DNA from: an uncultured Gemmatimonadaceae bacterium
GTDB lineage: Bacteria > Gemmatimonadota > Gemmatimonadetes > Gemmatimonadales > Gemmatimonadaceae
Assembly (NCBI GenBank): GCA_963829055.1
Contig: CAWHHI010000011.1
Location: forward strand, 32,001-96,000
DNA length: 64,000 nt
Reading direction: 5' to 3'
Shown here: one piece after another, positions 55,298-64,000 of the stretch
Position numbering within the stretch: the first letter of the stretch is position 1
How the letters are laid out: every line of letters begins with the position of its first letter
Translations under genes and position numbers: made by a program
Notes under the pieces: model-generated
Told to the model about the DNA's origin: nothing
The model's database searches: none
What the model saw: the letters and a program-made list of their open reading frames with translations, nothing else

Positions 55298-56161
55298 ATG
55301 GCGTCGATTTGGAAAGGATCACTGACCTTCGGACTGGTACACGTTCCCGTCGAGATGAAGCCCGCCGTTCGTGCCGACCAGATCCATTTCCGGCAGTTGC
55401 ACTCGGAAGATCTGTCGCCGATCAAGTACGAGCGGGTCTGCCAGGCCGACGGCTCGCCTGTTCCCTGGAGCGAGATCGTGAAGGGCTACGAGTACGAGAA
55501 AGGCAAATACGTCGTGCTCACCGACGATGACTTCAAGAAAGCCGCGCTCGATACTTCCAAGACCATCGACATCATCGACTTCGTGCGCGAAGACGAGATC
55601 GACCCGAGATTCTTCGAAACTCCCTACTACCTCGTGCCCTCGAAGGGCGGCGACAAGCCCTACGCCCTGCTGCGCGAGGCGATGCGGCAGTCGAACGTCG
55701 TCGGCGTCGGCAAGGTCATCATCCGCCGGACGCAGCATCTGGCCGGTGTGCGCGTGGTCGGTCAAGCGCTGGTCATCGAGCTCATGCGGTTCGCGAACGA
55801 GCTCGTGGACATCGGTGAATACTCGTTCCCGGGCAGCGACGCCCTCCGCGAGCAGGAGCTCACCATGGCGACGCAGCTCGTACAGAATCTGGCCGAGCCG
55901 TTCGATGCGTCGCGCTACACGGACGACTACCGCTCGAACCTGATGAAGCTCATCCGCACGAAGATGAAGGGGAAGAAGGTCACGGCCACGGAGCCGATGG
56001 ACAACGACGACGAGGACTCGAAAGTGCTGGATCTCATGTCGCGACTCCAGGCGAGTCTGGCCGAGGGGCGCGCGGCGAAGGGCGCGGGCGGCGGGAAGAA
56101 GCGCGTCGCGAAGACCCCGCGCGCTGCCGGTACGAGGAGCCGTCAGAAGAAAACGGCATAG
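55298..56161 (+). CDS. ku: NHEJ Ku protein
   Basis: MASIWKGSLTFGLVHVPV, IVKGYEYEKG, FFETPYYL, YTDDY; basic C-terminal tail. Confidence 0.95.
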   Translation: MASIWKGSLTFGLVHVPVEMKPAVRADQIHFRQLHSEDLSPIKYERVCQADGSPVPWSEIVKGYEYEKGKYVVLTDDDFKKAALDTSKTIDIIDFVREDEIDPRFFETPYYLVPSKGGDKPYALLREAMRQSNVVGVGKVIIRRTQHLAGVRVVGQALVIELMRFANELVDIGEYSFPGSDALREQELTMATQLVQNLAEPFDASRYTDDYRSNLMKLIRTKMKGKKVTATEPMDNDDEDSKVLDLMSRLQASLAEGRAAKGAGGGKKRVAKTPRAAGTRSRQKKTA

Positions 56162-56165
56162 GAGC

Positions 56166-59001
56166 ATGGAGGGGACACGAGTGACGACACGATCGAAGCC
56201 GGCAGCGAAGCAGACCGCGATGCTCGAGGAGTACCGCGCGAAGCGCGACTTCGAACGGACCGAGGAGCCCGAGGGCGCGACGCGCTCCTCGGGCTCCTCG
56301 AGCACAAAGGCATCGTCGCCCGCGCGACCGCTGCGGTTCGTCATCCAGAAACACGCGGCAAGCCATCTGCACTACGATTTCCGCCTGGAGCTGGATGGCG
56401 TGATGAAGAGCTGGGCGGTGCCGAAGGGTCCGTCGCTCGACCCCACGCAGCGACGGCTCGCGATGGAAGTCGAGGATCACCCGATCGAGTACAACACGTT
56501 CGAAGGCACGATCCCGGCGGGGCAGTACGGTGGCGGCACCGTGATGCTGTGGGACCGCGGGACGTATGACGCCGCCGAGGGCGGCGTCGACGCGTTGCGC
56601 CGCGGGTACGAGCGCGGCGACATGAAGTTCACGATGAACGGCGAGCGGCTGCGCGGATCGTTCGCGCTCGTTCGCATGAAGGGCAAGGGCGAGCGGAAGC
56701 CGCAATGGCTTCTGATCAAACACCGCGATGACGACGCCGTCGCGGACTGGGACATCAGCGCGATCGACACGTCGGTCGCTACGGGACGCACGATGGACGA
56801 GATCGCGAACGGCAAGCGGGCGAAGACAAAGGCCGCAGCGCCAGCCGCCGGCGTGAAGCGCGCCAAGGCGAAGCCCGAACCCAAGGTGACGCCAGCGCGC
56901 GCACCGCGCTCGCCGCGCTCGGTGTCCAGCATCACGCCGATGATGGCGTCGATCGGAACCGAGATCCCCACCGGTGACCAGTGGACGTTCGAGCCGAAAT
57001 ACGATGGCGTCCGCGTGCTCGCCTTCGCATCCGGCTCTGGCGTTAGGCTCGTCACGCGCAACGGCAACGACAAGTCGGCGCAGTTCCCCGAGGTCACGGC
57101 GGCCGTGCGCACCCTCGCGCAGCGGCGCAAGCGCCCGTTCGTGCTCGACGGCGAGATCGTCGCCCTCGAAGGCGATGCGCCGGCACGCTTCCAGGCACTG
57201 CAGGGGCGCATGCACCTCAAGGACACCGAGGACATTTCCGGGCAGCGGACGAGTGCGCCATCGGCGCTCATCGCGTTCGATCTCCTCGTGGACGGGACGG
57301 ACGTCATCGTCGACGAGCCCTGGACGGTGCGCCGGAAACGACTCGAGCGTTTCATCGGCACCAATCCGCCTAACGCTTTGCGACTCGGGGAAACGGGGCC
57401 GGGCAATGGCGAGCAGCTGCTCGCTCGCGCACGCAAGAACGACTGGGAAGGCATCATCGCGAAGCGCACGACGTCCGTGTATCAACCCGGCGCGCGCTCA
57501 CGCGATTGGCTCAAGCTCAAGATCGAGTTCCGTCAGGAGTTCGTGGTCGGTGGCTACACCGAGCCCCGCAACACGCGCGAGCACATCGGCGCCGTGCTCC
57601 TCGGCTACTTCGACGGCGACGATCTCGTGTACGTCGGACACACCGGCGGCGGGTTCAACCGCGAGAGCCTTGCGGACATGGCGCGTCGCCTGCGTCGGCT
57701 CGAGCGGAAGTCGTCGCCGTTCTCGACGACCGTGCGGACGAACGAGAAAGCGCACTGGGTGCGACCGGAGGTCGTGGTCGAAGTGAAGTTCAACGAGTGG
57801 ACGGATGATGACCGACTGCGAACGCCGATCTTCCTGGGTGTTCGCGATGACAAGGACGCGCGCGAGGTCGGGCGCGAAGCGACGAGCGTTCAGAGAGGCG
57901 CTGCCACGCGACGGCGCGTTGGCGCCGCCGCGAGCGCGAAGACCGCGAGGAAGACGACGACGAAGACCGGCGCGAAACCGCGCTTCGACGAAAGCCGCGA
58001 CGAAACTCCCTGCGAAGAAGCAGACGGTCCGCGGCGACGTGTCATCGCTCGAGGGTGAGCTCGAAGCTGCGGAGCGCGAGGGACGCGATGCACACCTAAC
58101 GCTGTCGAGGGGCGTCTCCCTCAAGCTGTCGAGCCTCGGCAAGGTCTGGTTCCCGGGCCGCGCCGGCGGGTTCACGAAGGGTGACGTGCTTCGCCACTAC
58201 GTGCGGGTCGCGCCGTTCATTCTTCCGGTCATGGCCGACCGCCCGATCGTGCTCAAGCGATTCCCGGACGGCATCAACGGTGAAGCGTTCTACCAGCAGA
58301 AAGCGCCGGAGCATCCGCCGGCCGGCGTCCGCGTGGAGACGATCGAGGACGCCGACGGCGATCGGGTGGAGCGCCTCGTCGGCGGCTCGCTCGCGACGCT
58401 GCTGTACCAGGTGCAGCTCGGCACGATCTCGGTGGACCCGTGGCACGCGCGCGTGCAGTCGCTCGACTTCGCGGACTGGTCGGTCATCGATCTCGACCCG
58501 GGACCGCGTGCGAAGTTCGAGCGCGTGGTGGAGGTCGCAACGTGGGTGAAGGAGGAGCTCGACCAGCTGGGGCTCCGCGCGGCGATCAAGACGTCAGGTG
58601 CGAGCGGCCTTCACATTTTTCTTCCGCTGCCACCGCGCACGAGCAACGAGTCGGCGCTGCTCATCGCGCAGATCGTGGCCACGCGAGTGGCACAGGCGCA
58701 TCCGAAGGAGGCGACGGTCGAGCGCGGGGTCGCGGCGCGGCCGAAGTCCACGGTCTATGTCGACTACCTGCAGAACGTCCTCGGCAAGTCGGTGGCGGCG
58801 GCATACGCGGTACGCGCGCGGCCAGGCGCGACGGTCTCGACGCCTCTCGAGTGGAGCGAGCTGACCCCGAAGCTGGATCCCACGGACTTCACGATCGAGA
58901 CGGTGGCAGCCCGCTTCGCGCGGGTGGGCGACCTGTGGGCGGCGGGGCTCAAGGAGCGGAATTCGTCGGCTGCGTTGAAGGCGCTGACTACGAGGCGCTG
59001 A
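56166..59001 (+). CDS. ligD: DNA ligase D (phosphoesterase + ligase + primase-polymerase; frameshift ~57990)
   Basis: FVIQKHAASHLHYDFRLE, EPKYDG, LDGEIV, EGIIAK, WLKLK; IDLDP, KTSG, VYVDYLQN. Confidence 0.95.
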
Positions 59002-59008
59002 GCCAGCG

Positions 59009-59222
59009 CTGGGGACTGGGGACTGGGGACTGGGGACTGGGGCTGCACGCTGGGGACATCTGCCGACGGCTGCATGCTGCGGCCGCACGCTGCCCGCTGC
59101 TGCCAATACCGCCCGGTCACCCACGCGCTGCTCGCGCAGCGCCGCACTCAGCGTCACCCAGCAACCAGCACGACCACCCAGCAACCAGCTCGCAGTTCTT
59201 CAGTCCCCAGTCCCCAGTCCCC
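59009..59222. mobile_element. MITE-like element bounded by inverted GGGGACT/AGTCCCC heptamer arrays
   Basis: (CTGGGGA)x4 left end, CAGTCCCCAGTCCCCAGTCCCC right end; body matches 29585-29741 inverted. Confidence 0.7.
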
Positions 59223-59252
59223 GTCCCTGCCTCGGCCATTTAGATTGCGCCG

Positions 59253-60191
59253 ATGCCCGCGCCCACCCCCGCCCTCGCAGTCCGTGGTCTGCGAAAGGCC
59301 TACGCCAATGTCGTGGCCGTCGAAGCGCTCGATCTCGAGGTTCGCGCTGGAGAGTGCTTCGGACTCCTCGGCCCGAACGGCGCCGGCAAGACCACCACCA
59401 TCGAGATTTGCGAAGGACTGCTCGCGCCTGATGCCGGAGTGGTCGAAGTGTTCGGCATGCAATGGGCACGCGACGGCAACTCGCTGCGATCGCGGCTCGG
59501 AATTCAGCTGCAGGAAACGCAGCTCTCCGAGAAGCTCACCGTCGAAGAGACCGTGCGGCTGTTTCGCTCGTTCTACCCCGCCGGTCGCACCGTCGACGAA
59601 GTGATCGGGCTCGTACAGCTCGACGAAAAACGAAAAGCGCGCGTCGGGACGCTCTCCGGCGGACAGAAGCAGCGCCTCGCTGTCGCCTGCGCGCTCGTCG
59701 GTGATCCAGATCTGCTCTTTCTCGACGAGCCGACGACCGGACTCGATCCGCAATCGCGGCGACAGCTCTGGGACATCATCGATGCCTTTCGCAACGAAGG
59801 CGGCACGACAGTGCTCACCACGCACTACATGGACGAGGCCGAGCGCCTGTGCGATCGCGTCGCCATCGTCGATCATGGTCGCGTCATCTCGCTCGGCACA
59901 CCTCGCGAGCTCATCGCGTCGCTCGGCGCTGGGCATGTCGTCGAGTTCGGCGTCGATGGATCGCAGGACATCGATGAGCGGACGCTGCTCTCGCTCGCCG
60001 GTGTGAAGTCAGCGAGACGTTCCGGCGGACGCTGGGCACTGCAGGTCGGCGCCGCGCACGAGACCATTCCGCTCCTGCTCGCCGAACTGACCGAGCGCGC
60101 GTTGCCGCTCACGGAGTTGAGCACGCACTCACCGACACTCGAGGATGTCTTCGTCACGCTGACGGGGAGGAGTCTGCGCGATGACGTCTGA
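59253..60191 (+). CDS. ABC transporter ATP-binding protein (ABC-2/DrrA type)
   Basis: GPNGAGKTT, LSGGQKQR, LFLDEPTTGLD, TTHYMDEAE. Confidence 0.95.
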   Translation: MPAPTPALAVRGLRKAYANVVAVEALDLEVRAGECFGLLGPNGAGKTTTIEICEGLLAPDAGVVEVFGMQWARDGNSLRSRLGIQLQETQLSEKLTVEETVRLFRSFYPAGRTVDEVIGLVQLDEKRKARVGTLSGGQKQRLAVACALVGDPDLLFLDEPTTGLDPQSRRQLWDIIDAFRNEGGTTVLTTHYMDEAERLCDRVAIVDHGRVISLGTPRELIASLGAGHVVEFGVDGSQDIDERTLLSLAGVKSARRSGGRWALQVGAAHETIPLLLAELTERALPLTELSTHSPTLEDVFVTLTGRSLRDDV

Positions 60192-61269
60192 TCGGATGGT
60201 TGATCGAGCGACCCGCCCGAAGAACACCGCTGGCAACACACCCGCGATCGTCCAGCTCACGCTGTCGCGCTTTCGCGAATTCTATCGCGAGCCCGAGGCG
60301 GTGTTCTGGGTGTTCATCTTTCCCATCCTGCTGGCCGCGGGACTCGGTATCGCGTTTCGGAATAGGCCCGCTGAGGCATCGCACATTGCCGTTGTCTCGA
60401 GCGCCGCGAACAATGCTGTAGTGGACTCGTTGAAGACGGCACCTAACGTCACTGTCGACGTGCTCGACGACACGGCGGCAACCGCAGCGCTGCGAACTGG
60501 TCGAGTGGCACTCGTTGTCATACCGCGTGCGGATGGCGGCGTCGAGTATCGATTCGACGAGGCGCGTCCCGAGTCCCGCACGGCGCGGCTCATCGTCGAT
60601 CGCGCCGTACAACATGCTGGAGGTCAGCAGGATCCGGTGCGCACGACCGACACGCGCGTGAGCGAGCGTGGGTCGCGCTACATCGACTTCGTCGTGCCAG
60701 GGCTGCTCGGCATGAACCTCATGGGAAGCGGCATCTGGGGCATCGGCTTCTCCATCGTCGACGCGCGAAAGAAGAAGCTGCTGAAGCGACTCATCTCGAC
60801 GCCAATGTCGCGCGCGCAGTACCTCGCGTCGTTCCTCATCTTCCGACTGTCGTTGCTCGTGATCGAGGTCGCGACCCTCATCGGCTTCGGCACGCTGGTG
60901 TTCGGCGTGCCGCTCCGAGGGTCGTTCATCCAACTCGTCGCGATCTGCGTGCTGTCGTCACTCGCGTTCGGCGGAATGGGATTGCTGGTCGCGTCGCGCG
61001 CCCGCACGGTCGAGGGCGCGTCCGGCCTCATGAATCTCGTCATGATGCCGATGTGGGTGTTCTCCGGCGTCTTCTTCTCGTCAGGCAACTTTCCGAAAGT
61101 CGCGCAGCCGTTCATTCAGGCGCTTCCCCTCACCGCCGTGAACGACGCGCTGCGCGCCAACATGCTGCAGGGCGCCTCCTGGAACGTCGTGGGCCACGAG
61201 ATCGTGATCATCGCGACGTGGCTGGTGGTCTGCTTCACACTGGCATTGAGACTCTTCCGGTGGCGGTGA
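60181..61269 (+). CDS. ABC-2 type permease
   Basis: REPEAVFWVFIFP, RYIDFVVPG, LKRLISTP, FSGVFF, LPLT. Confidence 0.9.
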   Translation: MTSDRMVDRATRPKNTAGNTPAIVQLTLSRFREFYREPEAVFWVFIFPILLAAGLGIAFRNRPAEASHIAVVSSAANNAVVDSLKTAPNVTVDVLDDTAATAALRTGRVALVVIPRADGGVEYRFDEARPESRTARLIVDRAVQHAGGQQDPVRTTDTRVSERGSRYIDFVVPGLLGMNLMGSGIWGIGFSIVDARKKKLLKRLISTPMSRAQYLASFLIFRLSLLVIEVATLIGFGTLVFGVPLRGSFIQLVAICVLSSLAFGGMGLLVASRARTVEGASGLMNLVMMPMWVFSGVFFSSGNFPKVAQPFIQALPLTAVNDALRANMLQGASWNVVGHEIVIIATWLVVCFTLALRLFRWR

Positions 61270-62273
61270 ACGCGCGTCGTAGTTGGGTGATCGCGGCATT
61301 CGTCGCGGTCTACCTGATCTGGGGTTCGACCTATCTCGGTATCCGTTTCGCGATCGAGACAATTCCGCCGTTCCTGCTATCGTGCGTGCGCTTCACGCTC
61401 GCGGGAGCGATTCTCCTCGTCATCGCGAAGGTGCGCAACGCTCCGAATCCGACGGCTCCGCAGTTTCGGACCGCGGCGATCGTCGGCTCGCTGCTGATGC
61501 TCGCGAACTCGCTCGTTGGCGTGGCCGAATCGCGGATTCCGTCCGGCATCGCCGCGCTACTCGTGGCGATGACGCCGCTCTTCATGGTGATCCTCGAGTG
61601 GGCGCGTCCTCACGGGAAGAAGCCGACGCTGCTCGTCGCGATCGGGCTCCTGATCGGACTCGGCGGCGTCGTCGCGCTCGTTGGCCCGGGATCGTTCGGC
61701 GGCGGGGGTGGCATCGACCTGATCGGCGCCGGTACGGTCGTGGCTGGCTGCCTGGCGTGGTCCAGCGGCTCGATCTACTCGCGTTATGCGCCACGTCCGT
61801 CGTCGGGGCTGGTGATGACGGGATACCGAATGCTCGTGGGCGGGGTGTTCGTGGGCATCATCGGCGTCATCCGCGGTGAGTTCGCGACGTTCCACCTCGC
61901 GGACGTCTCGATGCGGTCGATCCTCGCGTGGGCGTATCTGCTCGTCTTCGGGTCGCTCATCGCGTTCACGGCGTTCGTCTATCTGCTGCGCGTCTCGACG
62001 CCGGCGCGCGTGGCGACGTATGCGTACGTGAACCCGGTCGTTGCGGTGATCCTTGGCTGGTTGCTGGCAGGCGAAGCGATCAGCTCGCGAATGATCGTGT
62101 CGGCTGTCATCATAGTCGCGGGCGTCGCGCTGATCACGTTCGCTGAAGGGCGCACGCCGGCGCCCGCCAGGGACGAGCGCGTGAAGCGGGTTCGCGCGGA
62201 TGGCACACCGTACTCCGTTCCGGACTCCGTCCTCACGCCCGCCGATGACGTCCCCGCCACCGATCGCGCCTAA
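61266..62273 (+). CDS. EamA/DMT family transporter (YedA-like)
   Basis: VYLIWGSTYLGI, PSGIAALL, FGSLIAFTAF, TYAYVNPVVAV. Confidence 0.9.
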   Translation: MNARRSWVIAAFVAVYLIWGSTYLGIRFAIETIPPFLLSCVRFTLAGAILLVIAKVRNAPNPTAPQFRTAAIVGSLLMLANSLVGVAESRIPSGIAALLVAMTPLFMVILEWARPHGKKPTLLVAIGLLIGLGGVVALVGPGSFGGGGGIDLIGAGTVVAGCLAWSSGSIYSRYAPRPSSGLVMTGYRMLVGGVFVGIIGVIRGEFATFHLADVSMRSILAWAYLLVFGSLIAFTAFVYLLRVSTPARVATYAYVNPVVAVILGWLLAGEAISSRMIVSAVIIVAGVALITFAEGRTPAPARDERVKRVRADGTPYSVPDSVLTPADDVPATDRA

Positions 62274-63780
62274 CGTCATGCTCGAGCCGCTGACTCCGAC
62301 CGACCACGACACGCCGTTCCTCGGCGACATTCCGCCTGACGAGTTCCATGCGCAGGCGCGTCGCGTCATCCGGTGGATCGCGGACTACCTCGAGAACCCG
62401 GAGCGCTTTCCGGTGCTCGCGCGCGTCGCACCAGGCGACATCACGGCGAGACTTCCCCTCGAACCGCCCGCGGAGCCGGAGTCGATCGAGGCCGTACTCG
62501 ACGACTTCGAGCGGCTGATCGTGCCTGGCGTGACACACTGGAACCACCCCGGCTTCTTCGCGTACTTCTCGGTCTCCGCATCGGCCCCGGGTATCCTGGC
62601 CGAGATGCTCATCGCGGCGCTGAACGTGAACGCGATGCTGTGGAAGACGTCGCCGAGTGCGACGGAGCTCGAGCTGCGAACGCTGGACTGGCTGCGGCAG
62701 ATGCTCGGGCTCAGGGAGGGATGGTTCGGGCTCATCAACGACACCGCGTCGATCTCCACGCTGCTGGCGCTGGCCGCGGCGCGAGAGGCGAAGCCGGAGC
62801 TCGAGATCCGCGAGCGTGGAATGGCCGGCCGCACTGACCTGCCGCGGCTCCGCGTGTACACGTCGTCGCACGCGCATTCGTCGGTCGACAAGGCGGCGAT
62901 CACGCTCGGAATCGGGCACGAGAACGTCGTGCACATCGACGCCGATGACGCGTTTCGCATGAAGATCGACGCGCTCGAGGCGGCGGTGCGCGCCGATCGG
63001 GAGCGCGGCTATCTGCCACTCGCGACGGTGGCGACCGTGGGAACCACGAGCACGACGAGCATCGACCCGGTGCCGGCAATCGCCGCGTTATGCACGCGCG
63101 AATCGATGTGGCTGCACGTGGACGGCTCGTACGGCGGCGTCGCGGCGGTGGTGCCGGAGATGCGTCACGTGCTCGCGGGCGTGGAGCTCGCGGATTCCCT
63201 CGTCGTGAACCCACACAAGTGGCTGTTCACGCCGATCGATCTGTCGGCGATGTTCACGCGTCGCCCCGACGTCCTCAAGCGCGCGTTCACGCTCGTGCCG
63301 GAGTATCTCGTCACGCGCGAGCAGAGCGATGTCGTGAACCTCATGGATTACGGCGTGCAGCTCGGCCGCCGCTTCCGCGCGCTCAAGCTGTGGATGGTGA
63401 TTCGCGCGTTCGGCGCTCACGGCCTCGCGGCTCGCCTGCGACAGCAGATGGCGATGGCGCAGGAGTTCGCGAGTTGGGTGGACGAAGAACCGGATTGGGA
63501 GCGCGTCGCGCCAGTGCCGTTCTCGCTCGTGTGCTTTCGTTATGCACCGGCTGGTACGAGCGAGGTGGATCGCGACGCCATGAACGCGGCGATTCTCGAG
63601 CGTGTGAACGCGAGCGGCAGCGCGTATCTCTCGCACACGAAGCTCAACGGCCGCTTCGTGCTCCGCCTGGCCATCGGCAACATGCGTACGGAACCGCGAC
63701 ACGTCGCGAATGCGTGGCGGCTGCTGCGTGACATGTCATTGTCAGCCCGAGGAGCAACAGCGACGAGGGACCTTCTGTGA
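62245..63780 (+). CDS. PLP-dependent group II (aromatic L-amino acid-type) decarboxylase
   Basis: PGVTHWNHPGFFAYF, SPSATELE, AHSSVDKA, TVGTT, WLHVDGSYGG, NPHKW (PLP lysine), GRRFRALKLW. Confidence 0.93.
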   Translation: MTSPPPIAPNVMLEPLTPTDHDTPFLGDIPPDEFHAQARRVIRWIADYLENPERFPVLARVAPGDITARLPLEPPAEPESIEAVLDDFERLIVPGVTHWNHPGFFAYFSVSASAPGILAEMLIAALNVNAMLWKTSPSATELELRTLDWLRQMLGLREGWFGLINDTASISTLLALAAAREAKPELEIRERGMAGRTDLPRLRVYTSSHAHSSVDKAAITLGIGHENVVHIDADDAFRMKIDALEAAVRADRERGYLPLATVATVGTTSTTSIDPVPAIAALCTRESMWLHVDGSYGGVAAVVPEMRHVLAGVELADSLVVNPHKWLFTPIDLSAMFTRRPDVLKRAFTLVPEYLVTREQSDVVNLMDYGVQLGRRFRALKLWMVIRAFGAHGLAARLRQQMAMAQEFASWVDEEPDWERVAPVPFSLVCFRYAPAGTSEVDRDAMNAAILERVNASGSAYLSHTKLNGRFVLRLAIGNMRTEPRHVANAWRLLRDMSLSARGATATRDLL

Positions 63781-64000
63781 TGTCATCGTAGAACCTCGAT
63801 TGGCTCGTTGCGCGATGGATTCCTGTATGATCGCGCCGCGGTCGGTGGGAACTACGATTGTGCGGATCTGTCCTGCGAAACTACCGGATACGGCTTTGCA
63901 TTCAGGCATCATCGCGGCCGGCCAATGGGAACTGCGATCGCGCCGATGACGCGGAAGAAGCAGGATCGATCGCGTTCGGGACGGCCCCTCGCGCAACGAG

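Noticed and set aside
57805..59001. Separate primase-polymerase gene or programmed frameshift in ligD
   Set aside because: No clear RBS/start or slippery site; one indel in the low-complexity linker restores a standard three-domain LigD.

Overview
GC-rich window with many single-base frameshifts, densest in the first ~24 kb, which look like long-read errors. It appears to be two genomes joined at ~10,440. Bases 1-10,440 look like Rhizobiales (Alphaproteobacteria): a surface-polysaccharide cluster, an orphan hicA, proC, a SAF-domain oxidoreductase and a truncated TPR protein. Bases 10,440-64,000 look like Gemmatimonadota (inferred from gene content and style). This second segment carries a stress operon, bacilliredoxin, a GroES-like protein, peptidases, dctA, penicillin acylase, lepB, a SWIB protein, nfo, pruA, phzF, a cyanophycin operon, a SusC/SusD starch locus with malQ, mscL, Ku/LigD and an ABC-EamA-decarboxylase operon. 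Three things stand out. (1) A non-palindromic heptamer, CCTAACG/CGTTAGG, occurs 38 times by manual count (19 per strand), often inside coding sequence, only after the junction. (2) A third gene between cphA and cphB keeps the intact Cx19HxxEH primer-generating hydrolase site of CphA but has no ATP-grasp domain and only a degenerate Mur domain. (3) Many heptamer-based hairpin/MITE-like elements occur, including one pair that brackets phzF and one in-frame inside the penicillin acylase gene. No rRNA, tRNA, CRISPR array or transposase was recognised. Product calls come from motif recognition by eye, not database searches.
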